The notes below the pieces were generated by a model that saw only the letters and a program-made list of their open reading frames with translations, ran no database searches and was not told where the DNA came from. This document shows, piece after piece, positions 9,688-18,647 of a stretch of 64,000 bases of DNA. Position 1 is the first letter of the stretch; every line of letters begins with the position of its first letter. This DNA is from Myxococcota bacterium (GTDB lineage Bacteria; Myxococcota_A; UBA9160; UBA4427), in NCBI GenBank assembly GCA_041690055.1, contig JBDNFB010000084.1:28086-92085 (forward strand), given 5' to 3'. The position numbers and the translations under genes were made by a program.

Positions 9688-11739
9688 ATGCCGAATCCCT
9701 ATCCAGCCCTAAGCATTCGGTCTCGTCGAACACGGGTCGGCGGTTTTTTCGCCTTCGCGTGCGCGCTCGCATTCGCATCAATAACCGGACTCTCCTGCGG
9801 AGGCGAGCGGACTTCCTTCTTTAGCCCGCCGCAGGCGCTCGATTCCAACCCGCCGCAGGCGCTCGACACCACCCCGCCGGCCGCGCCGATCCTGACGTCG
9901 ATCGCTGCGCCTTGCGAGAATCGCAATTCGGAGCGCAACCTTCTCTGGGGCGAGCTCCATGTGCATACCGGTTTCTCGGGTGATGCCTGGCGATCGGATG
10001 TCCGGACTCGCCCCGCCGATGCGTACCGCTTCGCGCTCGGACAGTCGGTCGAGATTCCCCCGCTCGATGCCGCCGGTCGAGGCACGCAGCGCATTCAACT
10101 CGAACGCCCCCTCGATTTCGCTGCCGTGACCGATCACGCCGAAACCCTCGGCAGCCTCGAACTCTGCACGAATCCTGAGAACCCGGCGTATGAGAGTCCG
10201 GGCTGCGATTTCTACCGGCGTCAGCCCGCGCATCCGGGCATTGCCCGCCCACCCGGCATGCCCGCCGCCCTCGAGATCGATCGCATGGTCTGTGGCGAGA
10301 ACGGTGAGCGATGCCGCGCCGCCGCTCTCACTCCCTGGCAAGAAACGCTCCGCGCTGCCGCACGCTACAACGACACAACGACCGCTTGCGAATTCACCAC
10401 CCTTGTCGCTTACGAATGGTCCGGCGCACGCGGCGGGCCGCTCCTCCATCGCAACGTGATCTTCCGAAACGCAATCACCCCCGTCCCGATCGGTTCGGCC
10501 AGCGCCCCCCGCCCCTGGGATCTGTTCCGCTATCTCCAGTCGGAATGCCTCGAAGCCGGCATCGGCTGCGATGTTCTCTCGATTCCGCATAACTCAAACA
10601 CAAGCCAAGGCGAGATGTTCGCCTTGGACTACCCGGGCGCGAAGAACCTCGAAGAAGAACGTGCGATGGCCGAGCAACGCATCGCCCTCGAGCCCGTCAT
10701 CGAAATCATGCAGCACAAGGGCGACTCGGAATGCAGAAATGGACTCGCGGGCGTTTTCGGCGCGCCCGACGAACTTTGCGATTTCGAGAAGCTCTTTAGC
10801 AAGGACCTGCCTGAGTGCGAACCCGGCGTTGACATGACGGCCAACGATGTGCGGTGCACGTCAAAGGGCAGCTTCGCACGCAGTGGACTCGCGATTGGCC
10901 TCGCTGAAGAGAAGCGGATCGGCGCCAACCCTTTCAAGTACGGTTTCATCGCTGCAACCGACACGCATAACGCGGCTGCGGGCTACGTCACGGAATCAGA
11001 CTGGAAAGGTCATGTCGGCAATCGCGACGCCGAACCCGCCAAGCGCATGAGTGAGATCATGCCGGGCCGCGGAAACGTACTCAACAATCCTGGCGGCATC
11101 GCCGCGGTCTGGGCCACCGAAAATTCGCGAGAAGCCATATTCGACGCGATTCGGAACCGCGAAACCTACGGGACCAGCGGGCCGCGCATTCCAGTCCGCC
11201 TCTTTGGTGGATGGGGCTATGCGGAAAATCTCTGCGACACGGACCATTTCGTGGAAAGCGGATATTCAGGCGGAGTTCCAATGGGCGGGACGCTCGACCC
11301 AGCGCCGAGCGAAAATGCCGCGCCGATCTTCGCCGTGCATGCCCAAGCCGATCCCGGCACCTCCGCTCAGCCCGGCAACCTTCTGCAACGCGCACAGATT
11401 ATCAAAGTCTGGAACGACGACGCCGGGCAAATGCATCAGCGCGTATTCGACATCGCGGGTGACGCGCAGAACGGCGCCTCCGTGGACATCAACACCTGCG
11501 AACCCCGCGGCCCCGGTGCCCGCGAGCTCTGCCAGGTTTGGCGCGATCCCGAATTCGACGCCAAAACGCCTGCCGTTTACTACGCGCGCATCGTCGAAAA
11601 TCCCAGCTGCCGATGGCACGCAGCAGAATGCGCAGAGATGAGCGAAGCCGACCGACCCGCCTCCTGCGACCCGAGCGAATTCTATCCAAAGGTCATCCAA
11701 GAACGCGCCTGGACTTCCCCTATCTGGTATAAGGGCTAA
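9688..11739 (+). CDS. DUF3604 domain protein (PHP-like metallohydrolase fold), secreted or lipoprotein
   Basis: 683 aa with a signal peptide ending LSCGG. The motifs WGELHVHTGFSGDA and the C-terminal WTSPIWY match my recollection of DUF3604. The N-terminal linker contains a 24-bp tandem repeat. Confidence 0.75.
   Translation: MPNPYPALSIRSRRTRVGGFFAFACALAFASITGLSCGGERTSFFSPPQALDSNPPQALDTTPPAAPILTSIAAPCENRNSERNLLWGELHVHTGFSGDAWRSDVRTRPADAYRFALGQSVEIPPLDAAGRGTQRIQLERPLDFAAVTDHAETLGSLELCTNPENPAYESPGCDFYRRQPAHPGIARPPGMPAALEIDRMVCGENGERCRAAALTPWQETLRAAARYNDTTTACEFTTLVAYEWSGARGGPLLHRNVIFRNAITPVPIGSASAPRPWDLFRYLQSECLEAGIGCDVLSIPHNSNTSQGEMFALDYPGAKNLEEERAMAEQRIALEPVIEIMQHKGDSECRNGLAGVFGAPDELCDFEKLFSKDLPECEPGVDMTANDVRCTSKGSFARSGLAIGLAEEKRIGANPFKYGFIAATDTHNAAAGYVTESDWKGHVGNRDAEPAKRMSEIMPGRGNVLNNPGGIAAVWATENSREAIFDAIRNRETYGTSGPRIPVRLFGGWGYAENLCDTDHFVESGYSGGVPMGGTLDPAPSENAAPIFAVHAQADPGTSAQPGNLLQRAQIIKVWNDDAGQMHQRVFDIAGDAQNGASVDINTCEPRGPGARELCQVWRDPEFDAKTPAVYYARIVENPSCRWHAAECAEMSEADRPASCDPSEFYPKVIQERAWTSPIWYKG
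9825..9880. repeat. 24-bp in-frame tandem repeat (2.3 copies) in the DUF3604 N-terminal linker
   Basis: CCCGCCGCAGGCGCTCGA occurs at 9825-9842 and 9849-9866, encoding PPQALDSN/PPQALDTT. Confidence 0.85.
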
Positions 11740-11775
11740 GCCCTCGCGCCCCCGGCGCGAATAACACGCACCCCC

Positions 11776-11834
11776 AAAAGCGCCTGTAGCCCAAGCGCGC
11801 GCAAAAGAAAAGTGCCTGCGGCCCAAGCGCGCGC
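11776..11834. repeat. two copies of a ~27-bp direct repeat ending in alternating (GC)n
   Basis: AAAAG(C/T)GCCTG(TA/CG)GCCCAAGCGCGCGC occurs at 11776-11802 and 11808-11834, in the convergent intergenic region. Confidence 0.8.
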
Positions 11835-11843
11835 GGCGCGCGC

Positions 11844-12527
11844 CTATAAAAAGCGGTATTCGCTCATCCCGCCCGTGATCGCCGTCTCGAAATCGTAGAA
11901 GCTCGGAACGTGCGCGAACATTTCCTGCACGACGGAGGGATCGCCGAAATAGAGCGATTCGTCCGTAAAATGTTCAAGACTCGGAAAACGCTCAAGCACG
12001 ACCGCGAGATACGACGGCGCCTCGGGCGTGAGTCGGCGCGCCACGGAATTTCGAACGTAGGAATCGCGATGCGGATGCAAATCGAAGGAAAGCTTCGAAT
12101 GCACCTCCTGCCATTCTCGGTAGAAGTCTTCGAGTTCGACCTTCGCCGGCTTATCGTTGATGCCCCATTGCGTCACGCCCGGGACCCGTCCGCCCTCTTC
12201 AACCGAATGCGGACACGGAACCACGCTCGACTCCGTCACGAGATAGCCCCATAGCTCCTCGCCAAGCGGTCGCAGCGCCTCTTCGACCCCACCGCGATCA
12301 TCGAGCGCCGGAAGCCAACACTCAAACACGAAGCCCAAAGCATCAAAGTCGCCACCAATCCGACTTGCTGAGCGCGCCCGAATCTCTTCCGTGTATTCAG
12401 GCAGGAGCAGCGCCATCTGCTGCCCGCCCGCCGCACGCGCCGCCGAGACGACCCGAGTCGCCACCGCCTCACGCCGCGCCGCACAGTCGCCTTGGGCTTC
12501 CTTCGAGATGTACATCAATTTTTCCAC
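11844..12527 (-). CDS. hypothetical protein, EthD-like
   Basis: 227 aa. The C-terminal half (FYREWQEVHSKLS...HRDSYVRNSV) follows the EthD pattern F-x-x-x-W-x-x-x-H ... Y-x-x-N. It is divergent from a clear EthD gene. Confidence 0.55.
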   Translation of the reverse strand: MEKLMYISKEAQGDCAARREAVATRVVSAARAAGGQQMALLLPEYTEEIRARSASRIGGDFDALGFVFECWLPALDDRGGVEEALRPLGEELWGYLVTESSVVPCPHSVEEGGRVPGVTQWGINDKPAKVELEDFYREWQEVHSKLSFDLHPHRDSYVRNSVARRLTPEAPSYLAVVLERFPSLEHFTDESLYFGDPSVVQEMFAHVPSFYDFETAITGGMSEYRFL

Positions 12528-12599
12528 AGGGCAGAACCTTCTTTCTTTGACGGCGATGATCGCTTCGTTCTAGCCTACCGAAAATAGCAGGAGCCACTA

Positions 12600-13346
12600 A
12601 TGATCAAACTCGTCTGTTTCATTCGAAAACGAACTGACCTCTCTGTCCCGGCATTTCAAAGGCACTGGCGCCAGAACCACGGCCCGCTCATCAAAAGCCT
12701 TCCAAAGCTCCGCCGACACCTCATTCGCTACGAGCAGAACCATCGACTGGACTCCGATTACGCGCGGGATACGGCGGGGGCCGCCAGCGCTCTTCCCAGC
12801 GCCGCCAGCGGCTACGAGGGTTCGACGATCATGTGGTTCGAGTCGATGAAGGACTATCACGCATTCGCCGAAGAGCCCGACTACGCCGACCACATCGCGC
12901 CGGATGAGGCGAAGTTTATGGATCGCGCACAGACGCTCTATTTCTTCACCGAGGAAGAGGACATCAAGTTCGGTGATGCAGGCACACAATCCCAGGCAAG
13001 CGTGAAGCTTCTAGCCCTCCTCCGGCGGCGCGCCGACCTCTCACCCGAGCAGTTCCATACGCATTGGTCAGGCCCCCATGCCCGGCTCTTCAGCGAGAAC
13101 GACTCGCTGCGCGAACACATCCTCGCGTATCAGCAAAATCATCGTTTCGCAGAGGATTACACCCGCGATCCCGGTACGTATTGGGACGGGCTCGCGGAGC
13201 AGTGGTACGCATCGATGGAGGCCTTCTACGCAGGTGCAGGCGGAGCGCCGTTCAACGAACTCGTCGTCCCGGATGAGGAATGCTTTATCGACCGCCCCGC
13301 GACGCAGTTCATCCTGAGCCGGCCCGCGGAAATCATCGTCGGGTAA
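12600..13346 (+). CDS. EthD domain protein (two tandem EthD domains)
   Basis: 248 aa. Two copies of the F-x-x-H-W-x-x-x-H-G/A-P-L motif (PAFQRHWRQNHGPL and EQFHTHWSGPHARL) are each followed by Y-x-Q-N-H. A GGAG Shine-Dalgarno lies upstream. Confidence 0.75.
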   Translation: MIKLVCFIRKRTDLSVPAFQRHWRQNHGPLIKSLPKLRRHLIRYEQNHRLDSDYARDTAGAASALPSAASGYEGSTIMWFESMKDYHAFAEEPDYADHIAPDEAKFMDRAQTLYFFTEEEDIKFGDAGTQSQASVKLLALLRRRADLSPEQFHTHWSGPHARLFSENDSLREHILAYQQNHRFAEDYTRDPGTYWDGLAEQWYASMEAFYAGAGGAPFNELVVPDEECFIDRPATQFILSRPAEIIVG

Positions 13347-13357
13347 GATACCGGGTA

Positions 13358-13500
13358 GCTGCCGATGGGATGGCGGGGCGATCGATACACACTCTGCTCG
13401 ACCGGTCTCCCCGCCGGATGCGTTCCGCAGCGCGGAGTACGCGCCCAGATCGAACAAGGCCCAAAGCACGCGAATCGGCCGCTGCCGATGGCGGGTCGAT
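13358..13500. repeat. ~20-25-bp direct repeat pair in the 242-bp leader of the SDR gene
   Basis: GCTGCCGATGG(GATG)GCGGGGCGATCGAT lies at 13358-13386 and GCTGCCGATGGCGGGTCGAT at 13481-13500. Confidence 0.6.
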
Positions 13501-13588
13501 TGCTATCGTTCGCCTTCCTTCGCGTCTCGACCCTTCGAGGCGATCTTACCCCCCCGGGCCCCATCCGCGGCCCCAACCGGAGTCCTTA

Positions 13589-14401
13589 ATGTCCCATCCC
13601 TTCGATTACTCAGGCAAGCGCGTCGTTATCACGGGCGCCTATTCCGGCGTCGGCGCCGCTCTCCTCGACGTCCTCGTCGAGCTCGGAAGCCCCGAAGTAA
13701 TCGCACTCGATATCAACAAGCCCCAGGGACCGATCTCGTCCTTCATTGAAACGAATATGGGCAAGGCGTCCTCCGTGGCTGCCGCGATTGATAAGATCGA
13801 CGGTCCGATCGATGTCCTCTTTAACAATGCGGGAATTGCCGCGACCCATCCCGTCGAAGACGTGATGGCGGTCAACTGGCTCGGACTTCGCCAGCTCTCC
13901 GAAGGCCTGCTTCCGCAGATCAAGGAAGGCGGCGCAATCGCCAACACGGCCTCCATCGCCGGCGGCCAGTGGCCCGGTCATCTCCAGGAAGTGCTTGAAT
14001 GCATCGCCCTCGAAGACCGCGACCAGCTCTTCGGCTGGTGCGGCGATCACACAGAACTCGTTGGCGACGGTTATGCGTTCTCGAAGGAATGCGTGCAGGT
14101 CTACACGATGAAGAGTGCAAAGAGCACCCTCGCGCGAAAGGTCCGGACGAACAGCGTCTGCCCCGCACCGATCGATACGCCGCTCCTGCCCGACTTCAAT
14201 AAGACGATGTCCGAAAAGACCATGAACTGGACGATCGATCAGATCGGCGGCAAAATCGCGACACCGCGCGATATCGCGATGACGCTTGCGTTCATTGGTT
14301 CCGATGCCGCGGGCTACGTGAACGGCGTCAACCTGAACGTGGACATGGGCTTCAACGCGTTCATGACGACGGGCCAGATCGACTTCTCCGCACTCGCATA
14401 A
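13589..14401 (+). CDS. SDR family oxidoreductase
   Basis: The ORF opens at 13280, but a GGAG Shine-Dalgarno precedes the ATG at 13589. From there the protein reads MSHPFDYSGKRVVITGAYSGVGAA (TGxxxGxG). A YAFSK (YxxxK) catalytic motif is present. Confidence 0.85.
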   Translation: MSHPFDYSGKRVVITGAYSGVGAALLDVLVELGSPEVIALDINKPQGPISSFIETNMGKASSVAAAIDKIDGPIDVLFNNAGIAATHPVEDVMAVNWLGLRQLSEGLLPQIKEGGAIANTASIAGGQWPGHLQEVLECIALEDRDQLFGWCGDHTELVGDGYAFSKECVQVYTMKSAKSTLARKVRTNSVCPAPIDTPLLPDFNKTMSEKTMNWTIDQIGGKIATPRDIAMTLAFIGSDAAGYVNGVNLNVDMGFNAFMTTGQIDFSALA

Positions 14402-14436
14402 CACTCTCTGCTCCACCGACGAGCATCGGAGCTGTT

Positions 14437-15240
14437 TTGGAAAACCGCCGAGCCGAACTGAACGCCCGAACGATCATGGGCGTGGCCATCGCCACCGCAA
14501 TGGTGGCGGCGGCCGTCCTGGTCTGGGGTTGGGGTTGGGGTTGGGGACGAGGCTCTTCCCCGTCTGATGCGAATTCGTCCGCGGCGGCACGCGGGCCGAA
14601 TTCCGGAACACCGCGGGCGGTGGCGCAGGTCCCCGCCGAAGCGCGTGCCGGCGAAGCCCGATCCGATCAAGTCCACCTCCCTGCTGTGACGTCCGCTCAG
14701 GAGGCGTCTGGCTCAATCGATGCGCGAGAAGCCGGCAATCAGAACGCCGATGACGAGGGAGAAGAATGGCTTCCGAACCTCGAGGAAGATTTCGGGCCGG
14801 AAGATGCCTATTTCGAGGAGCGGTACGGCGCGCCGACACCGGAACTCATTCGATCGAGCCTCGGCACGGCGTTGCGCCAGCGATTTTCCGAACGACGCCT
14901 TTCTCCTGAGCAAGAGAAACGTGCGGGGGATGCGCTGATCCAGCTCCGACAGCTCCGACTCGCGATGCGTTCTCTGGCCTTTACCCCGGAGAATGCGGAT
15001 GAGCGGCGTCAGATCGTGACCGAGTACAAGGTCGCCGTCTCGGAGTTTGAACTCGGCACGGGAATGAACATCATTGAATTCACCGAGCCGCAAAGAGGCC
15101 AAGCGACCGGTGGTACGGAGGGCGTAAAGCTTGATAGTCCGGACGGTCTCGTGCTCCCGAAGTTCGACACGGGGCTCGATAATGATCGCGCCGACGCATC
15201 CTCGAATCCGGCTCCGGGCCCTGCCGGCGATACACCATGA
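14437..15240 (+). CDS. hypothetical membrane-anchored acidic protein (WGWGWGWG after the TM segment)
   Basis: 267 aa with a TTG start preceded by GGAG. It has one N-terminal TM helix followed by a low-complexity acidic region. It has a 4-nt ATGA overlap with the next gene. Confidence 0.55.
   Translation: MENRRAELNARTIMGVAIATAMVAAAVLVWGWGWGWGRGSSPSDANSSAAARGPNSGTPRAVAQVPAEARAGEARSDQVHLPAVTSAQEASGSIDAREAGNQNADDEGEEWLPNLEEDFGPEDAYFEERYGAPTPELIRSSLGTALRQRFSERRLSPEQEKRAGDALIQLRQLRLAMRSLAFTPENADERRQIVTEYKVAVSEFELGTGMNIIEFTEPQRGQATGGTEGVKLDSPDGLVLPKFDTGLDNDRADASSNPAPGPAGDTP
14525..14546 (+). repeat. (GGGGTT)3GGGG tract, a canonical G-quadruplex motif, on the sense strand of a CDS
   Basis: GGGGTTGGGGTTGGGGTTGGGG is read directly at 14525-14546 and encodes WGWGWGWG. 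Confidence 0.9.
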
Positions 15241-16292
15241 GCGGGAATTGCCTAACATTCATTCAGTTCGGGCGCATCAAACTGCTCCTTCTGACATTTG
15301 CAGCTGCCTTGCTCTTCTCGCCCGCCGTCGCCCATCGCGCGGAGGCACGCACCCCCCTCGCTGAACTCTACGGGGAAACGATTTACGTTGAAGACGTAGA
15401 GGGCGCCCTCGCCTTTCGTATCTATCAGCTTGAGGTCGACAAGTATTCTCTGTTAAAGAGCGAGGCCGAGCGGCGGATCGAATCGCGGCTTCTTTCTGCA
15501 GCAGCAGCGCAACGCGGAGTGAGTGTCGCTGCACTCCTCGCCGAAGCTGAGGGCGGCGCGGATTCGGTATCGCCGGAAGCCATCGATGCGTATCTCGACG
15601 AGAATCCCTCGCGGTCGGAAGCGGACCCAGCCAAGGTGCGCGAACGGGTGCGGAACTATCTCGGTGAACGAGGCCGACTTGAGCGACGCATCGCTTTCAT
15701 GGACTCGCTCCGCAAGACAGCGGGCGCGAAGATCTTGCTCGAATCGCCGGAACGGCCTCGAACCAACTTCGAGATTGCGTCTTCGCCGACGCGTGGCCCG
15801 GCCGATGCGCCCGTGCAGATTATTCATTTCGCGAGTTTCGGTTCGCGCAATTCCGCGCGCAGCGCTGACAAGATCGCGCGGCTCGTCGAGGCCTTCCCGG
15901 GCAAGATCCGGCAAACGCATATCAACTTGCTGACAGACCGCGACGAAGCGGTTCTATTCGCGGCGCGCGTGGGCTTCGCGGCACAGGAGGCGGACCGTTT
16001 TTGGCCGCTTCACGATGCCCTGTTCGAAGCAGAGGGCCGGCTGAGTCCAGACAAGATCAAGTCGATTGCATCAAAAATGGGCCTTTCCGCGTCTGTGGCA
16101 CGCGATGCGGCCCGTTCCGCAGATCGTCTCGGCCAGGCAAAGCGGGATATCGACCGCGCGGTGACCGCGGGTATTCCGCGCGAGCCAGGCCTTTTCATCA
16201 ACGGTCTTTTCGTTTCAGGCCTGCTCCCTTTCGACGAGATCAAAGCGCTCGTTGAAGAAGAGCTTGCTCGCCTCGATCCGGCACCTAACTAA
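15237..16292 (+). CDS. DsbA/thioredoxin-fold protein with SxxS in place of CxxC, plus an N-terminal SurA-N-like helical region
   Basis: 351 aa with a signal peptide. The C-terminal half aligns by eye to DsbA-family proteins (FW..HDALF, ...GIPREPGLFINGL with the cis-Pro). The active-site position reads F-G-S-R-N-S (15843-15854). Confidence 0.7.
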   Translation: MSGNCLTFIQFGRIKLLLLTFAAALLFSPAVAHRAEARTPLAELYGETIYVEDVEGALAFRIYQLEVDKYSLLKSEAERRIESRLLSAAAAQRGVSVAALLAEAEGGADSVSPEAIDAYLDENPSRSEADPAKVRERVRNYLGERGRLERRIAFMDSLRKTAGAKILLESPERPRTNFEIASSPTRGPADAPVQIIHFASFGSRNSARSADKIARLVEAFPGKIRQTHINLLTDRDEAVLFAARVGFAAQEADRFWPLHDALFEAEGRLSPDKIKSIASKMGLSASVARDAARSADRLGQAKRDIDRAVTAGIPREPGLFINGLFVSGLLPFDEIKALVEEELARLDPAPN

Positions 16293-16313
16293 CAAAATAA
16301 AGAGAGAGATCCC

Positions 16314-17387
16314 ATGTATCGCGTCATTGTCTGGGGCACAGGCTTCGTCGGAAAATCGGTTCTGCGCGGCCTCCGCGGCCATTCGAACTACGAAATCGTA
16401 GGCGTCCTCGTCAACGATCCAGCCAAGGACGGCCTGGATATCGGCGAGATCATCGGGACTGAGCCCTGGGGACTCAAGGCCACGCGCGACATCGAGGCCA
16501 CACTCGCCCTCGATGCTGATGCCGTCGCCTATTTCGGTCCGAACGCCATGCACGCCGAGACGAATATGGCGAACCTGACTGCGGCTCTCCGCGCTGGCAA
16601 AAACGTCGTCGATACCAGCATGGGCATGTTCCAGAATCCGAAGCTCGTCCCCGCCGAGATGCGCGCACCGATCGATGAGGCCTGCCGGGCAGGACGCAGC
16701 ACCTTCTTTAGTGGCGGCATCGACCCCGGCTTCGCCAACGATCTTTTCCCGCTCACGTTGCATGGCCTTTGCGGCCAGGTCGAATCCGTTCGTACGACGG
16801 AGTACATCGACGGCGGGAGCTATCCGGACCAAGAGAGCCTGAAGATGATGGGCCTCCTCTCGGATATGGACAGCCCGCCTCTGCTCGACACAAAGGGGAT
16901 GATGACGGGGATCTGGGGCGGGCCGCTCTATATGATCGCCGAAGCGCTCGGAGTCGAAGTGGAGGAAACCCGCGAGGTGTATCGCCGTTGGGGCGCGACT
17001 GAGGCCGTCGATTTTCCATACGGCCGGGTCGAAGTTGGCCAATGTGCCGCGCACCAGATCGAACTCCAGGGCGTTGTCGCCGGAGAGCCGCGCATCTTCA
17101 TCGACCATGTGCATCGCCTCTTTCCCGAGGCCGCGCCCGACTGGCCGCGACCGCAGCTCGACGTCGTGCACGCCAATCGCATCGAAATCCTCGGCACCCC
17201 CAACATCATCCAGGAAACCATCATGCAGGACCCCTTCACCGGCGACCACAACGGCGGCGGCTGCCTCGCCACAGGAATGCGCGCCTTCAATGCCATCCCC
17301 GCCCTCAGCGAGGCCGAGCCCGGCATCCTCTCGACCCTCGAATTGCCCCTGATTGCCGGCCGAGGCGGCATGAGAGCCTCCTCGTAA
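16314..17387 (+). CDS. NAD(P)-binding oxidoreductase, DapB-N / 2,4-diaminopentanoate-dehydrogenase-like family
   Basis: 357 aa. The N-terminus MYRVIVWGTGFVGKSVLRGL is a Rossmann GxGxxG as seen in this family. Length and layout are consistent. Confidence 0.65.
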   Translation: MYRVIVWGTGFVGKSVLRGLRGHSNYEIVGVLVNDPAKDGLDIGEIIGTEPWGLKATRDIEATLALDADAVAYFGPNAMHAETNMANLTAALRAGKNVVDTSMGMFQNPKLVPAEMRAPIDEACRAGRSTFFSGGIDPGFANDLFPLTLHGLCGQVESVRTTEYIDGGSYPDQESLKMMGLLSDMDSPPLLDTKGMMTGIWGGPLYMIAEALGVEVEETREVYRRWGATEAVDFPYGRVEVGQCAAHQIELQGVVAGEPRIFIDHVHRLFPEAAPDWPRPQLDVVHANRIEILGTPNIIQETIMQDPFTGDHNGGGCLATGMRAFNAIPALSEAEPGILSTLELPLIAGRGGMRASS

Positions 17388-17603
17388 GGCCCGATTGTCC
17401 TTCTGACTCGGAATCAGATATAGTTCAGTTGTATTGCTTGACTCTCCCCGCGGGATATGGCCAAGTGATTGAGGACGGCGTGGTGATGGCGGAGCATTTG
17501 GTGCCGAGCCACGAGGATCAACGCGTTCGTCCACCAAGTGGCACCGATCACGAGTCGCCCCAAGCCTCTCGCGGTAATCGCCACCAGCTGGAGGGCTTAA
17601 CTG

Positions 17604-18521
17604 ATGACGCGTTTTTCCGGATTGCGAAGAATTCTTGTCCTTTTGATCTTCACTGGGCTGATCGCCCTGCCCCTGACGGCGGGGAGCGCGGACGCCAAAG
17701 ATCCGCAGCGCACGCCGAAGCGACTTTCGAGCACAGGCGACAGCATCACCGAAGCGATCAACGCCGAAGAGTTCAATCCCTTCATCTTCATCACGCCGAA
17801 TCATTGGGCGAGCTGGGCGAACGGCTATCGCGGATTCTGGGAATGGCTGCTCGGTCGAACCAACGTGAACAGCCATAACCAGCGCATCACGAGCCAGTTC
17901 GGTCGCCGAAGCCGCAAGAACTATATGGAAGCCGTCTCCGGCGCAAACAGCTTCGACCTCGGGCCTCAGATGAGCGCCTCGGTCGGCCGATCGGCGGACT
18001 ACGTCACGGTCTTCATGGGACATAACGATGTCTGCCAGAATAATTTCGGCGAGATCCCGACAGACGCGGAGTTCGAAATCAACGTCCGCGCCGGCTTTGA
18101 CCAACTCGCATCAGGTCTTCCGAATGGCGCAACGATCTACACCGCCGAAATCGTCGACATCTACAAGCTCTGGCAGCTCGGCCCGCAGCTGAGCGGCGCG
18201 CTAGGTATTAGCTGCGAGCTGATCTGGACGGCGACGCTCTTCAACATTTATCCGTGCAGCACGATGCTCAGCCCGACCAATAGCGAGGCTGATCGCCAAT
18301 TCACGCGAGGTCGCAACCTGGCCTTCAACGATATCCTTGCTGATCTCGTGGACGAGTATGACGCAAGCGATGACCATCATTACTGGGAGTTGACGGACGT
18401 GACCTCGCAAACGGATTTTGTGCCGAGCGAAGTTTCTCCCTTCGACTGTTTCCATCCGTCTGCGGCGGGGCAAAAACGCCTCGCGCGAGACACATGGAAC
18501 GAGGGGCCATTCGGCAACTAA
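17604..18521 (+). CDS. SGNH/GDSL hydrolase family protein, secreted
   Basis: 305 aa with a signal peptide. Block I is STGDSITEA (GDS) and block V is DCFHPS (DxxH). A GGAGG Shine-Dalgarno lies 9 nt upstream. Confidence 0.85.
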   Translation: MTRFSGLRRILVLLIFTGLIALPLTAGSADAKDPQRTPKRLSSTGDSITEAINAEEFNPFIFITPNHWASWANGYRGFWEWLLGRTNVNSHNQRITSQFGRRSRKNYMEAVSGANSFDLGPQMSASVGRSADYVTVFMGHNDVCQNNFGEIPTDAEFEINVRAGFDQLASGLPNGATIYTAEIVDIYKLWQLGPQLSGALGISCELIWTATLFNIYPCSTMLSPTNSEADRQFTRGRNLAFNDILADLVDEYDASDDHHYWELTDVTSQTDFVPSEVSPFDCFHPSAAGQKRLARDTWNEGPFGN

Positions 18522-18647
18522 CACTTTCTCAAACTAACTTCTGCCACCTCCCCGGACTCGAAGGTAGAGATCGGTCGCGCGATTCCCAGCGCCGGCCGCG
18601 ATGAACGAGCCCGGACATGAGCGCGCCCAAACGGCGCGTTGGAGCCC

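Noticed and set aside
13280-13588. N-terminal extensions of track ORFs beyond the likely starts (also 39167-39478, 29766-30041, 54480-54710, 51102-51509, 44947-45039, 48704-48868, 29960-30163)
   Set aside because: The extensions are Arg/Pro/Ser-rich and non-protein-like. Some overlap the neighbouring gene. In most of these (e.g. 13589 and 45040, GGAG Shine-Dalgarno; 39479, ATGA stop-start overlap) they precede an internal start whose protein begins at the expected family N-terminus. At 51510 and 54711 the Shine-Dalgarno support is weak or absent.
16215-18104. 629-aa minus-strand ORF spanning two plus-strand genes and their 216-bp spacer
   Set aside because: It is antisense to the DapB-like and SGNH hydrolase genes, which have clear motifs and Shine-Dalgarno-supported starts. 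Its composition is Arg/Gly/Ala/Asp-rich and featureless. Crossing the spacer without a stop is plausible by chance at this GC.
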